Virus record (IMG/VR): IMGVR_UViG_3300020381_000026
Coordinates: 1-35,401 of that record
Length of the DNA: 35,401 nucleotides
Direction: 5' to 3' (one strand)
DNA from: a virus
Taxonomy: Duplodnaviria > Caudoviricetes
In this document: one piece after another, positions 35,194 through 35,401 of the stretch
How positions within the stretch are numbered: position 1 is the first letter of the stretch
Layout: each line of letters opens with the position of its first letter
Made by a program: the position numbers and the translations under genes
Notes under the pieces: model-generated
Told to the model about the DNA's origin: nothing
The model's database searches: none
What the model saw: only the letters and a program-made list of their open reading frames with translations

Positions 35194-35401
35194 CTATTGT
35201 TTTCTCTCATAAGGTACAGTAACACCAAATGGTGATTGAGGAACTTTACCGCCATAGCCTCCGCCATGTACAATAAACAATGTATCACAGTAGTTTTCAT
35301 CTCCCCAACTATCCCAAGGGTAACCATCTGTAAACATAACAAACTTCTTAGGTACAATACCTTCTTCTTTAAAGTAGTTCCAGCAACACTCAAAGTCTGT
35401 A
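35194..35401 (-). CDS. C-terminus of a vWA-like domain protein (DUF2201-type), partial
   Basis: TDFECCWNYF...VMFTDGYPW.SWG...CDTLFIVHG. Confidence 0.72.
   Translation of the reverse strand, partial: TDFECCWNYFKEEGIVPKKFVMFTDGYPWDSWGDENYCDTLFIVHGGGYGGKVPQSPFGVTVPYERKQ

Noticed and set aside
1-35401. tRNAs, CRISPR arrays, IS/integrases, clear intrinsic terminators
   Set aside because: None seen by eye; gaps are explained by promoters and small ORFs.

Overview
AT-rich, densely packed segment of a large T4-like (probably marine) dsDNA phage, almost all on the minus strand. It holds a replication core (family-B DNA polymerase, sliding clamp, T4-type RNase H, DsbA-like protein, probable ligase start). 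A dispersed 7-deazaguanine DNA-modification locus follows the clamp: DpdA/TGT-like transglycosylase, FolE, an atypical QueE and an HRH-type QueD paralogue (DpdL-like). It is interleaved with a GT4 glycosyltransferase, GalE, a Gfo/Idh/MocA plus MDR dehydrogenase pair and a PRTase, which suggests an undescribed sugar-linked deazaguanine hypermodification (inference). Also present are respiratory/redox auxiliary genes (AOX, pseudoazurin, cytochrome c, two glutaredoxins), tailoring enzymes (amidinotransferase, radical SAM, 2OG-Fe(II) oxygenases, SDRs, SGNH) and a tail-fibre-like gene. Non-coding signals include sigma70-type promoters (two predicted leaderless, two sharing a 32-bp block), T4-late-like ATAAATA boxes and a ~120-nt multi-branched structured RNA candidate. 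All calls come from motif reading only; no database searches were run.
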